This document shows positions 1 through 13,499 of a stretch of DNA of 64,000 bases, piece after piece. The DNA is from Octopus vulgaris. Taxonomy: Eukaryota. The translations under genes were made by a program, and so were the position numbers. The stretch covers positions 75,578,001 through 75,642,000 of the forward strand of contig OX597820.1 of assembly GCA_951406725.2 (NCBI GenBank). Direction: 5' to 3'. Under the pieces are notes generated by a model. The model did no database searches. It was not told where the DNA came from and saw only the letters and a program-made list of their open reading frames with translations. Position 1 is the first letter of the stretch, and every line of letters starts with the position of its first letter.

Positions 1-54
1 TACCAAAGTCTTCTGTTTCTGTATTTTAGTTCCAGAAACAATAAACCTTTCAAC

Positions 55-180
55 AATAGGCACGAGGCCTGACATTTTGGGGGGAGGGAAACAGTAGATT
101 GCATCAAGCCCAGATTTTCACTGGTATTTAGTTTAACGACCCCGAAAGGATGAAAGGTAAAATCGACCTCGGTGGATTTA
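55..180 (-). mobile_element. SINE family A (tRNA-derived), 3' part
   Basis: Reverse complement matches the body and tail of the copies at 10796 and 53790 (ccgaggtcgattttacctttcatcctttcggggtcg...gccttgtgcct). Confidence 0.75.
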
Positions 181-271
181 AACAACCACAACAACCACAA
201 CAACAACAACAACAACAAAAACAACAACAACAACAATAATAATAATAATGATAATGATAAAAATAATAACA

Positions 272-605
272 ATTAGCATGCCCAGCTGACAACAAGGTAT
301 GTGATAAAGAAAGAAAAGTCGATAGATATGACAGGTTAGCTTGGGAAGTTAAGCAGTTGTGGTCGGGGGAAAGGATGCAGTAGTACCAAGAATTGTCGGA
401 GCCCTGGGAACTGAGCAAAAATCTCGAGTACTACGCGAAACAAATATGGGCTGCAATAACGGTGTAGAATTTGCAGAAAACAGCACTGCTTGGAACCGGT
501 CGAATACTCCGGGAGGTACTCGAAAATAAAAGGTGTTACCTTAGTTCACTGGTAGTGAACAGCTGACACTGCAATACCTATCCAGCGTTAGAAGCTGTGC
601 AAAGG
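272..605 (+). mobile_element. R4/Dong-type RLE non-LTR retrotransposon, 5'-truncated 3' end (frameshifted)
   Basis: Highly similar to 24345-24650 (gtcgatagatatgacaggttagcttgggaagttaagcagttgtgg; shared 3' UTR ggtgttaccttagttcactggtagtgaacagctgacac). TAA-rich repeats on both sides. Confidence 0.8.
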
Positions 606-732
606 TAATGATAATAATAATGATAATAATGACAGTAAATTTTTGCCAGAAGGACAGCTTGGGGGAAGGGCGTTAAGTCTATTGCATCAACTCCAATGCG
701 TAACTGGTACTTACTTAATCAGAAACAACAAC

Positions 733-801
<69 letters not shown>

Positions 802-982
802 CTTTTCTACTGGAAGCAAAAGGCCTCGAATTTGGGGAAGGTCTTAAGTCAGTTGCTTCGACCCCAGTGAGTATCTGATACTAATTGTATCGACACCGAA
901 AGGTTGAAAAGCAAAGTCGACCCCGGTGGATTTCAACAACAACAGCAACAATAACGACGACGATGACGACGACGACGACGAC

Positions 983-1025
<43 letters not shown>

Positions 1026-1420
1026 GTTATGATGATGATGATGATGATAACGGAACATATGCTTTTTTATGAAAAAGGAAAAAAAATCTTTGGTTTACAA
1101 CTGTCTGCCCAAACTTGGTGTAGCATTTGACGGGTAATTTATAAATAGCAGATAGCGTCTTGTTTCAGGATATAAAGTAGAACTTAAAATTAAATGAGCG
1201 AGGGCAATATGGAGAGAAAGCTTTTGAGCTAGAATCGGAACGGTAATTTTATACAATTTGACGTCGAAAATTCATGATTTCATAATTGTACGGTCATGCA
1301 CCGATAGAAATATACGCCTAGGTTTTGTTATTTAATTCTATCGTTCTGACACTCCTGATGGTTTCCCATTCTTCATCTCAGTACTCACATGGCAACACAC
1401 ACAGCAGATTATATAGATGT

Positions 1421-1494
<74 letters not shown>

Positions 1495-1748
1495 TATGTA
1501 TGCATACCAACTAGACGTTATGGGTATATATTTATATGTATGTGTGTGTATATATATCGATATAGATACATAGATGTGAAGAAAATAAACTTCATTTTAC
1601 AAACGCAAACAAACATACATATAAACATATATGTATATATCTATATATATACACAATTATATATACACATAAGTGTATATGTATGCAAATTCTACACACA
1701 CACACATATATACACATGTAGATATGTATGTATCTCTCCCCCTCTCTC

Positions 1749-1787
<39 letters not shown>

Positions 1788-1846
1788 CTCTCTATCACTT
1801 TCTCTATCTCTTTCTCCCTCCATCTTTCTCTCTCTCTCTCTCGCGA

Positions 1847-1880
<34 letters not shown>

Positions 1881-2390
1881 CATATACATACACACACAAA
1901 CACACACGTAAAAACATACACACATTTATATACAATTACGTACATACATACATAAATTTCTCGAAACCAAAAATGTTTAATAGAATTTTGAAAAGATATC
2001 CAATAGTTTGAAATAATGGCGACAAATATTCCACTGGGAAATGGCAGACCTATCGCTTCATGAGTTTCGTTTTCTAGACTAAGTTTTGTACAAAAAATGA
2101 TACACTTAATCTGTGCCATTATCGCTCAAATGTTACTGGTGGGTGCAACAAGTCCAGAGAATAACTAGGAACAATATTACAAGCGAAAAGTTTTAAATAA
2201 TTTGCTAAATAAGCAATGTCATTAATCCGTGGCTTTGTACATTATAAAGATATTAATATGCATGATGTTTTTAGAGATTTAAATATTAATGCCAGTGCAT
2301 GTGTATATCTGTATGTGTGTAAATAAATATATATATTCGCATAATTACACTCTCACACATATACATGCATATATATAAATGTATGTTTGT

Positions 2391-2505
<115 letters not shown>

Positions 2506-2572
2506 CATACGCACACGCAAACAGATATATATGTATGTACGTATGTATATACATACATACATATATAACTTC

Positions 2573-2778
2573 TACAGAAAATAAAGACGTTCTGGAGCGC
2601 AAGATGGCTGTGTAGACAGCTTAGAAAATGGTGTAGACAGAATTTGAAAGGTACAGGTTTCGATTCAAATTAAATGCTGAGTGGTAGCTTTTCTTCCGTC
2701 TTCAACAGGGTATATACCCAATTTTATAAGCTGTCTTCACAGCCATCCTGCGATCGAGAATTTCATTAATTTTCTGTA
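2573..2778. mobile_element. MITE-like element with ~60-bp imperfect terminal inverted repeats
   Basis: tacagaaaataaagacgttctggagcgcaagatggctgtgtagacagcttagaaaatgg pairs with the reverse complement of 2719-2778. Confidence 0.65.
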
Positions 2779-2821
2779 ATATACCAACATACATGGAGCT
2801 TCTAATTTTCTTCAAACCGAT

Positions 2822-2922
<101 letters not shown>

Positions 2923-2947
2923 CACACATACACAAATGTATATATAT

Positions 2948-3767
<820 letters not shown>

Positions 3768-3810
3768 TGAGTGTGTGTGTGTGTGTTTGTATACAATCCT
3801 GTAAATAATA

Positions 3811-4128
3811 ATAATGGTATTTTTATATAAGCATAAAGCTTATGGTGACCACCGTGCAATGACTAAGGAAAACAGTCTTATAAAGGACCGTATAACCCAC
3901 GACAATAAAAAGAAGGCTTTCCTATCCGTGTGGGGCACTTACCCAAATCCCTTTGTTTACACGACTAAGTGTGTTACCTTTACATCAGCTAATTAGCCTC
4001 CCAGTTTCTGCGAATAGGAAAGCCTTCTTTTTCTGTCGAGGGCTTATATGCCCCTCTATTAGACTAGTTTCCTTAGTCATTGCACGGTGTTCGCCATCAG
4101 CTTTAAGCTCGTATAAAAATACCATTAT
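3811..4128. mobile_element. MITE with ~120-bp imperfect TIRs
   Basis: Ends ataatggtattttt / aaaaataccattat; internal arms caccgtgcaatgactaaggaaa / tttccttagtcattgcacggtg and aaaaagaaggctttcctat / ataggaaagccttcttttt. Confidence 0.8.
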
Positions 4129-4817
4129 ATATATATATATACATTTCTGTTGTACCTGTATTTTAGAGGGGCTAGCCTTGTCACACTATATGTCACGCTG
4201 AATCTCTCCAAGAACTATATTAAGGGTACACGTGTCTGGAGTGCCACTTGCACTTTAATTTCACGAGCAGGCTGTTCCGTAGATCGGATCCACTGGAACC
4301 CTCGTCATCGTAACCAACGACGTACCACGATTATCACCCACTGTCGTCGTAATCAACGTCATTGTCATCGTCATCATCGCCAATATCATCATTATCATGA
4401 TCAAAAGTCTTGCGCCATCAATAATAGTAAAGAAAAGTTTGTTTTTTCTTTTCATTATTTCTCATTTTTTTCTTTTTTCCGTTTTTTAAATATGTAGTGA
4501 AAACGTTGAAGAGAAGGGAGACGAATGACAATGAACTAACCCTGACCTTCCCTGTCCCCACTTCCTTGGAAACGAATATGACACAAAATATTAAGGAACA
4601 CGACATCGGTAGAGAACTGTGCACGCGAATACGTTTAAACGGTTAACTACCAGCATCCTATTACATTTTTCCTGTTTTAAATGAAAAAAAATTTCGGTTT
4701 TGTCATACTTTTTTTAAAGTTTATCTCATTCATTTTATATTTTTAATTCCGATTCTCTCATTTCACTCTTTGGACGGTTTTAATTTCATTGAGTTTGACC
4801 TAAAGTGATCTCACACT

Positions 4818-5388
4818 GGCGTCTCTGTATGGTAACAGAAATGTTTTTTCCTCAACTCTATGGTTCTGGGTTCAGTTCCACCGCGGCGAAATATGGGACA
4901 TTGTTTTTTTGTTTTTTTTTACTTTAGCATCGAACCAACCAATTCTTTGTGAGCGGAATTGTTAAGCAGAAACTGAGTGAAATCCTATCTTCTGTGTGTG
5001 TGTGCGTGTGTGTGTGCGTGTGTGTGTGCGTGTGTGTATATGTATGCGCACGCGCGCGTCTGTCTGACTGACTGTCTGTGTGTCTTTGTGTGTTTCTCTG
5101 TGTGTGTGTGAGTGTGTGCTTGTGTGTGTAATTCTCTGTTTGTGTGTGTGTGCGTGTGATGTATGTACGTTTTAGCATTTGTGCTTGTGTGTTTTTTCCA
5201 CACCACAGCTTCACAAATGGTTTTGGTTTATTTACGTTCCCTAAACCTAGCACCTCAGCGAAAGAGACCAATAAAATATATACTAGGTTTTAAAACAGAT
5301 AATAGGTTGATTCTATCCTCTAAAATCTTTAAAGATGTTGCCCCAACATGGCCGCAGTTCAATTACGGAAATAACTAGAAAGTAAAAT
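4818..5388 (+). mobile_element. SINE family B (tRNA/CORE-like head, central microsatellite), degenerate
   Basis: ggttctgggttcagttccac head, central (GT)n, tail ccccaacatggccgcagttc; colinear with 56750-57135. Confidence 0.65.
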
Positions 5389-5959
5389 ATGAGCGTATGC
5401 ATTAAGTACAACAAAATCAATTCTAACCACACTTCGTGGTGGTGGTGGTGGTGGCGGTGGTGTTAAGTTCCTAGTCCACCCTGAATGAGCTGAACAACAA
5501 TCAAGAGTATTCCATCCATGACCAGCTAGTCGGTTTTACTTCCCGATACACTATTCTAAGACCAGTGTATCCTACCTTCCACGCTTCAGATTGTATGGTA
5601 TGATTTGCTAGACATTCTTGCAGTTTCTGTTAACAAGTCAATCGGCCGCTTATAGCATCCCTCGCTATATTGTCCATATGCCTTCCTCTGATAGGGATCA
5701 ATATTGCCCGTGTTGGTGCACGATCAGATTACCGAGGGAAAGATCAACATTTCGTAGATCGTCAATGGAACCCCTCTCTCTTAGTACAACACAACTATAA
5801 TTTGGTATTTTATATGCATCTATGTGAATCGACGAGTGCACTTTTTTCATTTTTATATTTGGATTGTTATTACTAATATTATTATATTTTCGTTTGTGAC
5901 CAATAAAACCAGAATGAATAATAATAATAATTATTATTATTGTTGTTGTTGTGGTGGTT

Positions 5960-6124
5960 GTAAGTTATGCACCGCCATTTAAAATGTTGGAAAAGAAGAA
6001 AAAATTCTTGACATCTGGCTACAACAAGTAAACTTAGATGACAGGAACCTCTCTCTGTATACTAGCTGACTCTAATTAGGCTGTTCTATAGAGATGTACT
6101 AAACTAGGCTTTATGCTTATTTCC

Positions 6125-6127
<3 letters not shown>
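5960..6127 (-). mobile_element. R4/Dong-type element, extreme 3' end, degenerate
   Basis: Minus strand reads SIKPSLVHLYRTA*LESASIQREV, resembling the LQKTALLGTARILRKVL terminus; lies between TTA/TTG tracts. Confidence 0.5.
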
Positions 6128-6167
<40 letters not shown>

Positions 6168-6168
6168 G

Positions 6169-6200
<32 letters not shown>

Positions 6201-6229
6201 GTTATTATTATTATTGTTATCGTTATTAT

Positions 6230-6302
<73 letters not shown>

Positions 6303-6305
<3 letters not shown>

Positions 6306-6625
6306 TGCTGAAAGGTGGTGGGTGAATGTAGCGAAAATGGCCCCTGCCTCTGTACGCTGGTGAATATGAGGAAAAAAGGTGTACCATTCCCGAGTACTCT
6401 CGAAGCGTCGGTTGGTTCAGGGGATTGGTAGGGTACCTGAGCCAATCTTGGGAGGTCATCCTCTGCCATTGGGGAAATCTCATTGTTATATTTTTTTGTT
6501 TAATATTTATTGTTATTGTTTTCCTCTTTACTCGTTCTTTTGTGTAAAACCCACACTGTCCCCATCTACTGTATTATCCAGGATATATGTCAGCTCTAGC
6601 AGCCAATAAATTCAATAAAACTTAT
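6303..6625 (+). mobile_element. probable LINE (Tx1/L1-like) 3' end
   Basis: FAERWWVNVAKMA resembles a Tx1-type ORF2 terminus, followed by a T-rich UTR and aataaa signals. Confidence 0.35.
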
Positions 6626-6639
6626 AAATATTATTATTA

Positions 6640-6850
6640 AGACGGCCAGCAGAATCGTTAGTACGCCAGTAAATAATGCTTACCGGCGTTTCGTCCGTCT
6701 TTACGTTCTGAGTTCCAATTCCGCCGAGGTTGACTATGCCTTTCACCGTTTCGGGGTCGATAAATTAAGTACCAGTGCAACACTGGGGTCGATGTAATCG
6801 ACTAGTCCGTTTCCCTAAAATTTCAGGCCTTGTGCTTATATTAGAAAGGG
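6640..6850 (+). mobile_element. SINE family A
   Basis: gcagaatcgttag...ttctgagttccaattccgccgaggttgact...tcggggtcgataaattaagtaccag...gccttgtgctta. Confidence 0.85.
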
Positions 6851-6858
6851 CTATTATC

Positions 6859-6912
<54 letters not shown>

Positions 6913-6920
6913 ATCATCAT

Positions 6921-6952
<32 letters not shown>

Positions 6953-7388
6953 TCATCATCATCATCATCATCATTATTATTTGGTTGCCTTTTGCTTTGT
7001 ATTTGTACAAGTTGACTCTCAGTCTCGCCGAGAATCCTCAAGAGGCAAGAAGTTACAAGTTCAAGTTGATGTTATGACGAGGGTGCCTTATATTCGGTTT
7101 TGCACAGAGAATTGTACCAGAGAATGTCTGTCAAAACATAAGAAAATTAGATTGTCTGAAAAGTAGTTTGATTATAAGGTGATAGTCTGATGCTAAGATG
7201 ACAGTAAAAAGTGGTTTTATTATTATCATCAACATCATCATCATCATAATCATCATCATCATTTTTATTATTATTATTATTATTATTATTGTTGTTATTA
7301 TTATCATTATTATTATTATTGATAATATTAATAATATTTCTAGAGATTGACGTTATTCTTCACGAAAGTAATGAGGCAATAAGTAGAA

Positions 7389-7675
7389 CGCGACTGTTAT
7401 TGGTAATAAATAGAGATTGACTGTGTTTATTAAATTGGAAATGAAACGAAGGAACAATATTTCGACACTCCGTGTGTCTTTTACAAATTGAAAATATAAA
7501 ATGAAATGTAATTCAAATTTAGTAAAATGCTGAAACATTCAAAATTAAACCGGAATAACTGCGTTTCTTTTCCGGTTTAACTTTGAATGTTTCAGCGTTA
7601 TCTATCTTTGAATTTAATTTCATTTTCATTTTAATAAACGGAATTAATCTCTATTTATTACCAATAACGGTCGCG
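7389..7675. mobile_element. foldback MITE (near-complete palindrome)
   Basis: cgcgactgttattggtaataaatagagatt / aatctctatttattaccaataacggtcgcg; inner arms gctgaaacattcaaaattaaaccgg / ccggtttaactttgaatgtttcagc. Confidence 0.8.
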
Positions 7676-7744
7676 CTATTTTTCTCCTCCTCTTCCTCCT
7701 CCCCTCCTCCTCCCCTCCTCCTCCCCCTCCTCCCCCTTCTTCTT

Positions 7745-7809
<65 letters not shown>

Positions 7810-7868
7810 CGTCATCATTATTAGTATTAGTTGTAGTAGCATTGTTGTTGTAGTTATTATTATTATTA

Positions 7869-7929
<61 letters not shown>

Positions 7930-7937
7930 ATTATTAT

Positions 7938-8260
7938 TGCGTGAGAGAGCAGCGCAAGCCATGAAAGTGACACTGGGGTACAAATATATGAAGCCCAATA
8001 TACCCATCATGACTACCCGTCTGATAAGGGTACACCAGGCACATGCATCACAACTATATGTGTGCAACATAGTGATATCATATGAAGTTAAATAGCGCAT
8101 GACCTTGCAGGTGGGGCCTAGTCAGAAGCAAACCTGTGGTATTGAGCAGAATATTTGCTGTAGCCTATCTTTTATACCAAGACAAAACAGCGTACATAAC
8201 ACTTCTAATTATTTAAGATCAGAAGCCATCAGAGACACTGCCTTCTACTGCATCAGGGCA
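7938..8260 (-). mobile_element. unclassified non-coding insertion within a (TAA)n tract
   Basis: About 320 bp of complex sequence bounded directly by (TTA)n on both sides; no ORF. Confidence 0.45.
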
Positions 8261-8286
8261 TTTATTATTATTATCATCATCATCAC

Positions 8287-8380
<94 letters not shown>

Positions 8381-8426
8381 ATTAATAATAATAACAACAA
8401 CAACAACAACAATAATAATAATAATG

Positions 8427-8484
<58 letters not shown>

Positions 8485-9562
8485 TAATAATAATAATAAT
8501 GCGAATTGGCAAAATTGTTAGCAGGCCGGGCGAAATGCTTAGCATCATTTCCTTTGGTCTTAAGTTCTGAGTTGAAATGGCACCATGAGAATTTGGAATG
8601 TCTGATCTTTGGTTTTCTCTATTATAGCTGACTTGGTGCCAGATAACATTAGAGGAGCAGGTGGTGCTCGGGAGAGTTACCAAACAGCATCATTCGAGTA
8701 AGGTCTTTCTGAATATACAGCTCTGGCCCTGAAATAAATTCACTGCACCCTCACAACACAAAATCTTCTAGAAATTGAATGCCATCTGGATTCAGGCAGA
8801 TGGGTTTAGATCAGAAATCTCTTTTAGCGTTTGTTCTTATGTTCCGCTTAATGAAGCAGTGAACCACATTGTCTAATGTGTCTATTTTTTCGCTAATGCA
8901 GCGCGTTTTGAGTTCAAGGAGATTTGCTGTTATTTCTAGCTTGTCGAGCCACCATGCACAAACTCCTCGTTGGTTCGCGTAAAGGTTTTCTTTAGCTAAA
9001 TGATTTGTTCCGGTAGAAACAAAGCAAAGAAGCGAAATAACATAGCTTGTTATAATAGAGCGTCATAACATCTGATGAGTGAAGTGGGGACAAATCACAT
9101 CGCACATTCAGTAATTTTGACGTTTCGAAAGTCTTTAAATACATACAACCAAATCTTAATACCAAAGACTATTGAAGAACCGAGAGTTTCGTGCGTTAAC
9201 ACTTATCAAACGCACAAAACATGCGGCCCCTGTGTAATTCTGTTGCTCCTCCTGAATTTTAATAAAAATATCTCTCCTTTTACCATCACAAAAATTATAT
9301 GCATGTATGCGTGTGCTTGTGTGTCTCTCTGTATGTGTATGTAAGTGTGTGTGTGTATGTGTGTGCAAGTATATATGTATTGTATAATTTTCCATCGACA
9401 GAATGGAGCGAAAAATACTCAAGGGCTTATTTTTCTGCATGGTGCTCAACAAACTTAATTATAGAAAGTAATTTTAAAAGATGTATACTCATATTTTGGG
9501 TTATATTTCTATTGCATGTTACTACAAAGCTAGAAATAAGAATGACTGCGTATGTGTGTACG

Positions 9563-9608
<46 letters not shown>

Positions 9609-9696
9609 TGCATAGATAAATATTTACATATATACATATACATACATATACATACATACGCATATATATATATATACATACATATACATACATACG

Positions 9697-9740
<44 letters not shown>

Positions 9741-10134
9741 CACATTTATATATACACACACAAATATAAATACATATATACACACACATATATATGTATA
9801 GATAGATAGATAGATTGCACTGCAAAATAAAGAGTAGCAGTTTGAAATTATATACAATTTTGCAATATGGCGGATTATTTGAATTTAAAGAATTGGGTAA
9901 TATATATTTTGAACAATCTTGACTCGGATACCAAACTTGCCCGTTAACTCCAGCAAATTTCTAAGGCAAAATTTTCCTGATGTCTAGCTAATCAAGTTTG
10001 TTGCAGATAATTAAATTCGCGAAAATGTAACAAGTAAAAAATTTAGAAAAGTCATACGTTATCTTTCAACAATTTCTAAATTATTATAAAAAAAAGAAGA
10101 AACGCTCTTCCTTTTTAAATTAGATGATAAGTAT

Positions 10135-10302
10135 TTTATCTCTTATTATCTCTCTGTTTATTTCCTCATATTCCTTTCTGTTGAAGAGCATAGGCTCGAA
10201 ATGTAAAGGACTGTCTTACTTTCCCGAGCGTGAAACTAATACACCTGCTCGTTGTTTATACACCTGTTTTCGTCTTTTGTTTTTCTGTAAATTTCAACTA
10301 TT
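10135..10302 (+). mobile_element. PLE-type terminal fragment (family HH-B) with minimal hammerhead-like motif at 10173-10210
   Basis: ctgttgaagagcataggctcgaaatgta plus the conserved downstream ttcccgagcg..aaactaatacacctg shared with four other copies. Confidence 0.7.
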
Positions 10303-10304
10303 TT

Positions 10305-10712
10305 AACTTTTACTTGTTTCAGCCATTAATCTGCTGCCATGCTGGAGCACCGCCTTGAACGTGTAGTCGGATGAATTGATTTCAGTACTTCTTTTTCAAG
10401 CCAGGGACTTATTCTATCGGTCATTTTCCCGGAACAGCTAAATTACAGGGAAGCAAAAGCACCAACACTGATTGTCGATCAGTGCAGTGGGAGAACACTG
10501 GCACAAAGACACAAACAAAAAGGTAAACAAACGTACACACACGCACCCCGCCACGCACACATACATGTATACGACGGGCTTCTTTCAGATTGCGTATATC
10601 AAATCTTCTCACAAGGTTTTGGTCGGTCCGATGCTATAGCAGATGACACTTGCGCAAAGTTCCACACAGTGGGACTGAACATGGAACCTTGTGGGTGAGA
10701 AGCAAGTTTCGT
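10305..10712 (-). mobile_element. SINE family B
   Basis: gccatgctggagcaccgcc tail, acgacgggcttctttcag core and gtgggactgaac head on the minus strand. Confidence 0.8.
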
Positions 10713-10795
10713 ACTGGGGGGGGGGGGTTGACACAATACAAAGCACGGCAAAATTTATGACGGCAAAATTAACCAGTCATTATTTTCAAATATTT

Positions 10796-11240
10796 AAGGC
10801 GGCGAGCTGGAAGAAACGTTAGGATGCCGAGCGAAATGCTTAGCGGTGGTATTTCGTCTGTCTTTACATTCTGAGTTCAAATTCCGCCGAGACCGACTTT
10901 GCATTTCATCCTTTCGGAATCTATAAATTAAGAACCAGTTGCGTACTGGGGTCTATCTAATCGACTGGCCCGCTCTCCAAAAATTTCGGGCCTTGTGCCT
11001 AGAGTAGAAAAGAATATTTAAGGCGGTGAGCTGGCAAAAACGTTAGCACGCCGGACGAAATGCTTAGCGATATTTCAACTCTGTTTACGTTCTGAGTTCA
11101 AATTCTACTGAGGTCGACTTTGCTTTTCATTCTTCCGGGGGTCAATATTTTAAGTACCAGTTGCGTACTCCGGGTCGATCTTATAGACTGGCCTCCTCTC
11201 TGCAAAAAATATCCTGCCTTGAGCTAGAGTAGAGAATATT
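10796..11240 (+). mobile_element. two tandem SINE family A copies
   Basis: Each starts aaggcggcgagctgg (A-box-like) and has gagttcaaattcc (B-box-like); aatatttaagg junction between them. Confidence 0.9.
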
Positions 11241-13133
11241 ATTTCCTAATATATATGTTTGAAGTCAAAGGCTCGATAAAGATTTACATTTATACCATTC
11301 ATGGAGCTTATAGATTCATTGAGTTGCTCTTTCCTTATAATCCCTAAAAAAGAGCTTGGGTGAGGTGGGGATGAGTCGATTACATCGACCCCAGTGTTTC
11401 ACTGGTACTTGTTTAATCGACTACAAAACGATGAAAGGCAAAGGCGACCCCGGCTAACGATTCTGCCAGCACGCCATGTTAACGCGAATTTTAATAATGA
11501 CATCTATTAATTCGAATATGTGGTCCCAAATATTAGGTTTTGATGTAGTTTTATATTTTAATGCAAAGTTTTTTTAATTTTATTATGGGTTGCTTTTGTC
11601 CAACCGTTAAGACAAGGAGGTATTAAAAAACCAACATCGGTTGTCAAGTGGTAAGATGACAAACACAGACACAAATACACACACATGCATTATGATACGC
11701 ACGCGCACACGAGCATACACATATACAGACATATATACTCCACACAAATTCACACACAAGGTATCCCTGTTGTACAGCAGAAAATACTTGCTCACAGTGC
11801 TGCGCAGTGGTACCGAACCGGATTTCTTTACCGCTGATCGAATAGCCCTCCCACTCATTTTCGACGCGTAGGATTACATTTGCCAATATGCCCGTCCTTC
11901 TATCGAAAGCATTCAGTGCGATTTGAGGGAATTGGATGGTTATTTTTAGCAGGTCAATTGAACAAATAGAATGTTCGTTAAGTCGATTCTCGATGTGTAA
12001 TCAGAGAATCTGTCCATTCAAACAACCAGTTAGATTTAGAGTTCAAGAATTTATTTCAAGAAACACGAGAAAGAGCAGTACCACAACAAAAGAAAACAAG
12101 AACAAACAAGAAGAAATAACAACCACAACAAAAACACGAAGAACATACGGAATAGCATTATTTAAGAGGGTATTTGATACAATACATGATTCTGATCAGG
12201 CAAAAGTGCCAAATGATTTTACCAATGAGATCATAAACATTTACATACCGTATCATATACAAAGTGGTATAGTTTTATATATGAAACATGTAATAGAAAG
12301 ACAATGACCTTACAGTTAAGGTAATTGTATCCGTATATATTAACGATTACTTTCAGAGATAGTGTGTCTTTCCGAAATTCGGAGTTAAAATATTGCTATA
12401 AGTATGTAGTGCAGAGCTCATAAAGTAAATTTATAGGCTTGGATGTATTCAAATCGTGTTTCTTTTCATTAAGATTGCTTGATTGGAAACGAGATTAAAG
12501 GCAATTCTACTTGTATCCATAAATCTAGATGGAAATTGCAGAAGATATGTCTGAAGTGCGACAGAGTGCTAGAAAATGTTTTGCATACACGTCCGGTTAA
12601 TTTAGCTTTTGCTGGTCAATAACGCGAAATATCAATTTAATAATCAGCAGCAGTCGCAGCAGATACGTCTTGAATAGCATCAGTTGGACAGGAAGCTTGG
12701 TATATCATCATCATCGTCATCATCATCACCACAATCATTACAATCATTTTCCATAGTTTTCGCCATCATCATCATCATCACCGTCGTCATCGTCGTTCTC
12801 CTCCCCTTCCACTTCCTCTTCCTCCTACTCATCTTCATCATCATCATCATCGTCATCATCACCATCATCATCATCATTATCATCATCTTCATCATCATTA
12901 TCAACAACAACAACAGCAATTCACTGAAGAAATTACTAATGACTTTATCATGAATATTAATGTTAGCAGTGTTTATTTAATACCTCTACTAGTATTACTA
13001 TTTTCTTCATTAGTGTTGTTGTTTTTGTTGTTGTTGTCGTCGTCATTATCCTACTCCTCCCCCTCCTCCTCTCCTCCTCCTCTCCACCTCCTCTCCCCTC
13101 CTCCTCCTCCTCCTCCTCATCATCATCATCATC

Positions 13134-13214
<81 letters not shown>

Positions 13215-13244
13215 ATTATAATTATTATTATTATTATTATTATT

Positions 13245-13432
13245 AGTGAACGCGGTGATCTGACAGAATCAGTTAGCACGGTGGGCGAAATGCTTAGTTT
13301 TCGGTCTTTACGTTCTCAGTTCAAATTCGGCCGAAGTCGTCCGTGCTTTTCATCCTTTCAGGGTTGATAAGATAAGTACGATATAATCAACCTACGCCCC
13401 ACCCCGAAATTGCTGCCCTTGTGCCAAACTTA
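13245..13432 (+). mobile_element. SINE family A, degenerate
   Basis: cagaatcagttagcacgg...gttcaaattcggccgaagtcg...catcctttcagggttgataag. Confidence 0.7.
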
Positions 13433-13499
13433 ACATTATTACTATTGTTGTTGTTATTGTTGCTGTTTTTTTTTATTGTTGTTATTATCATATTATCAT

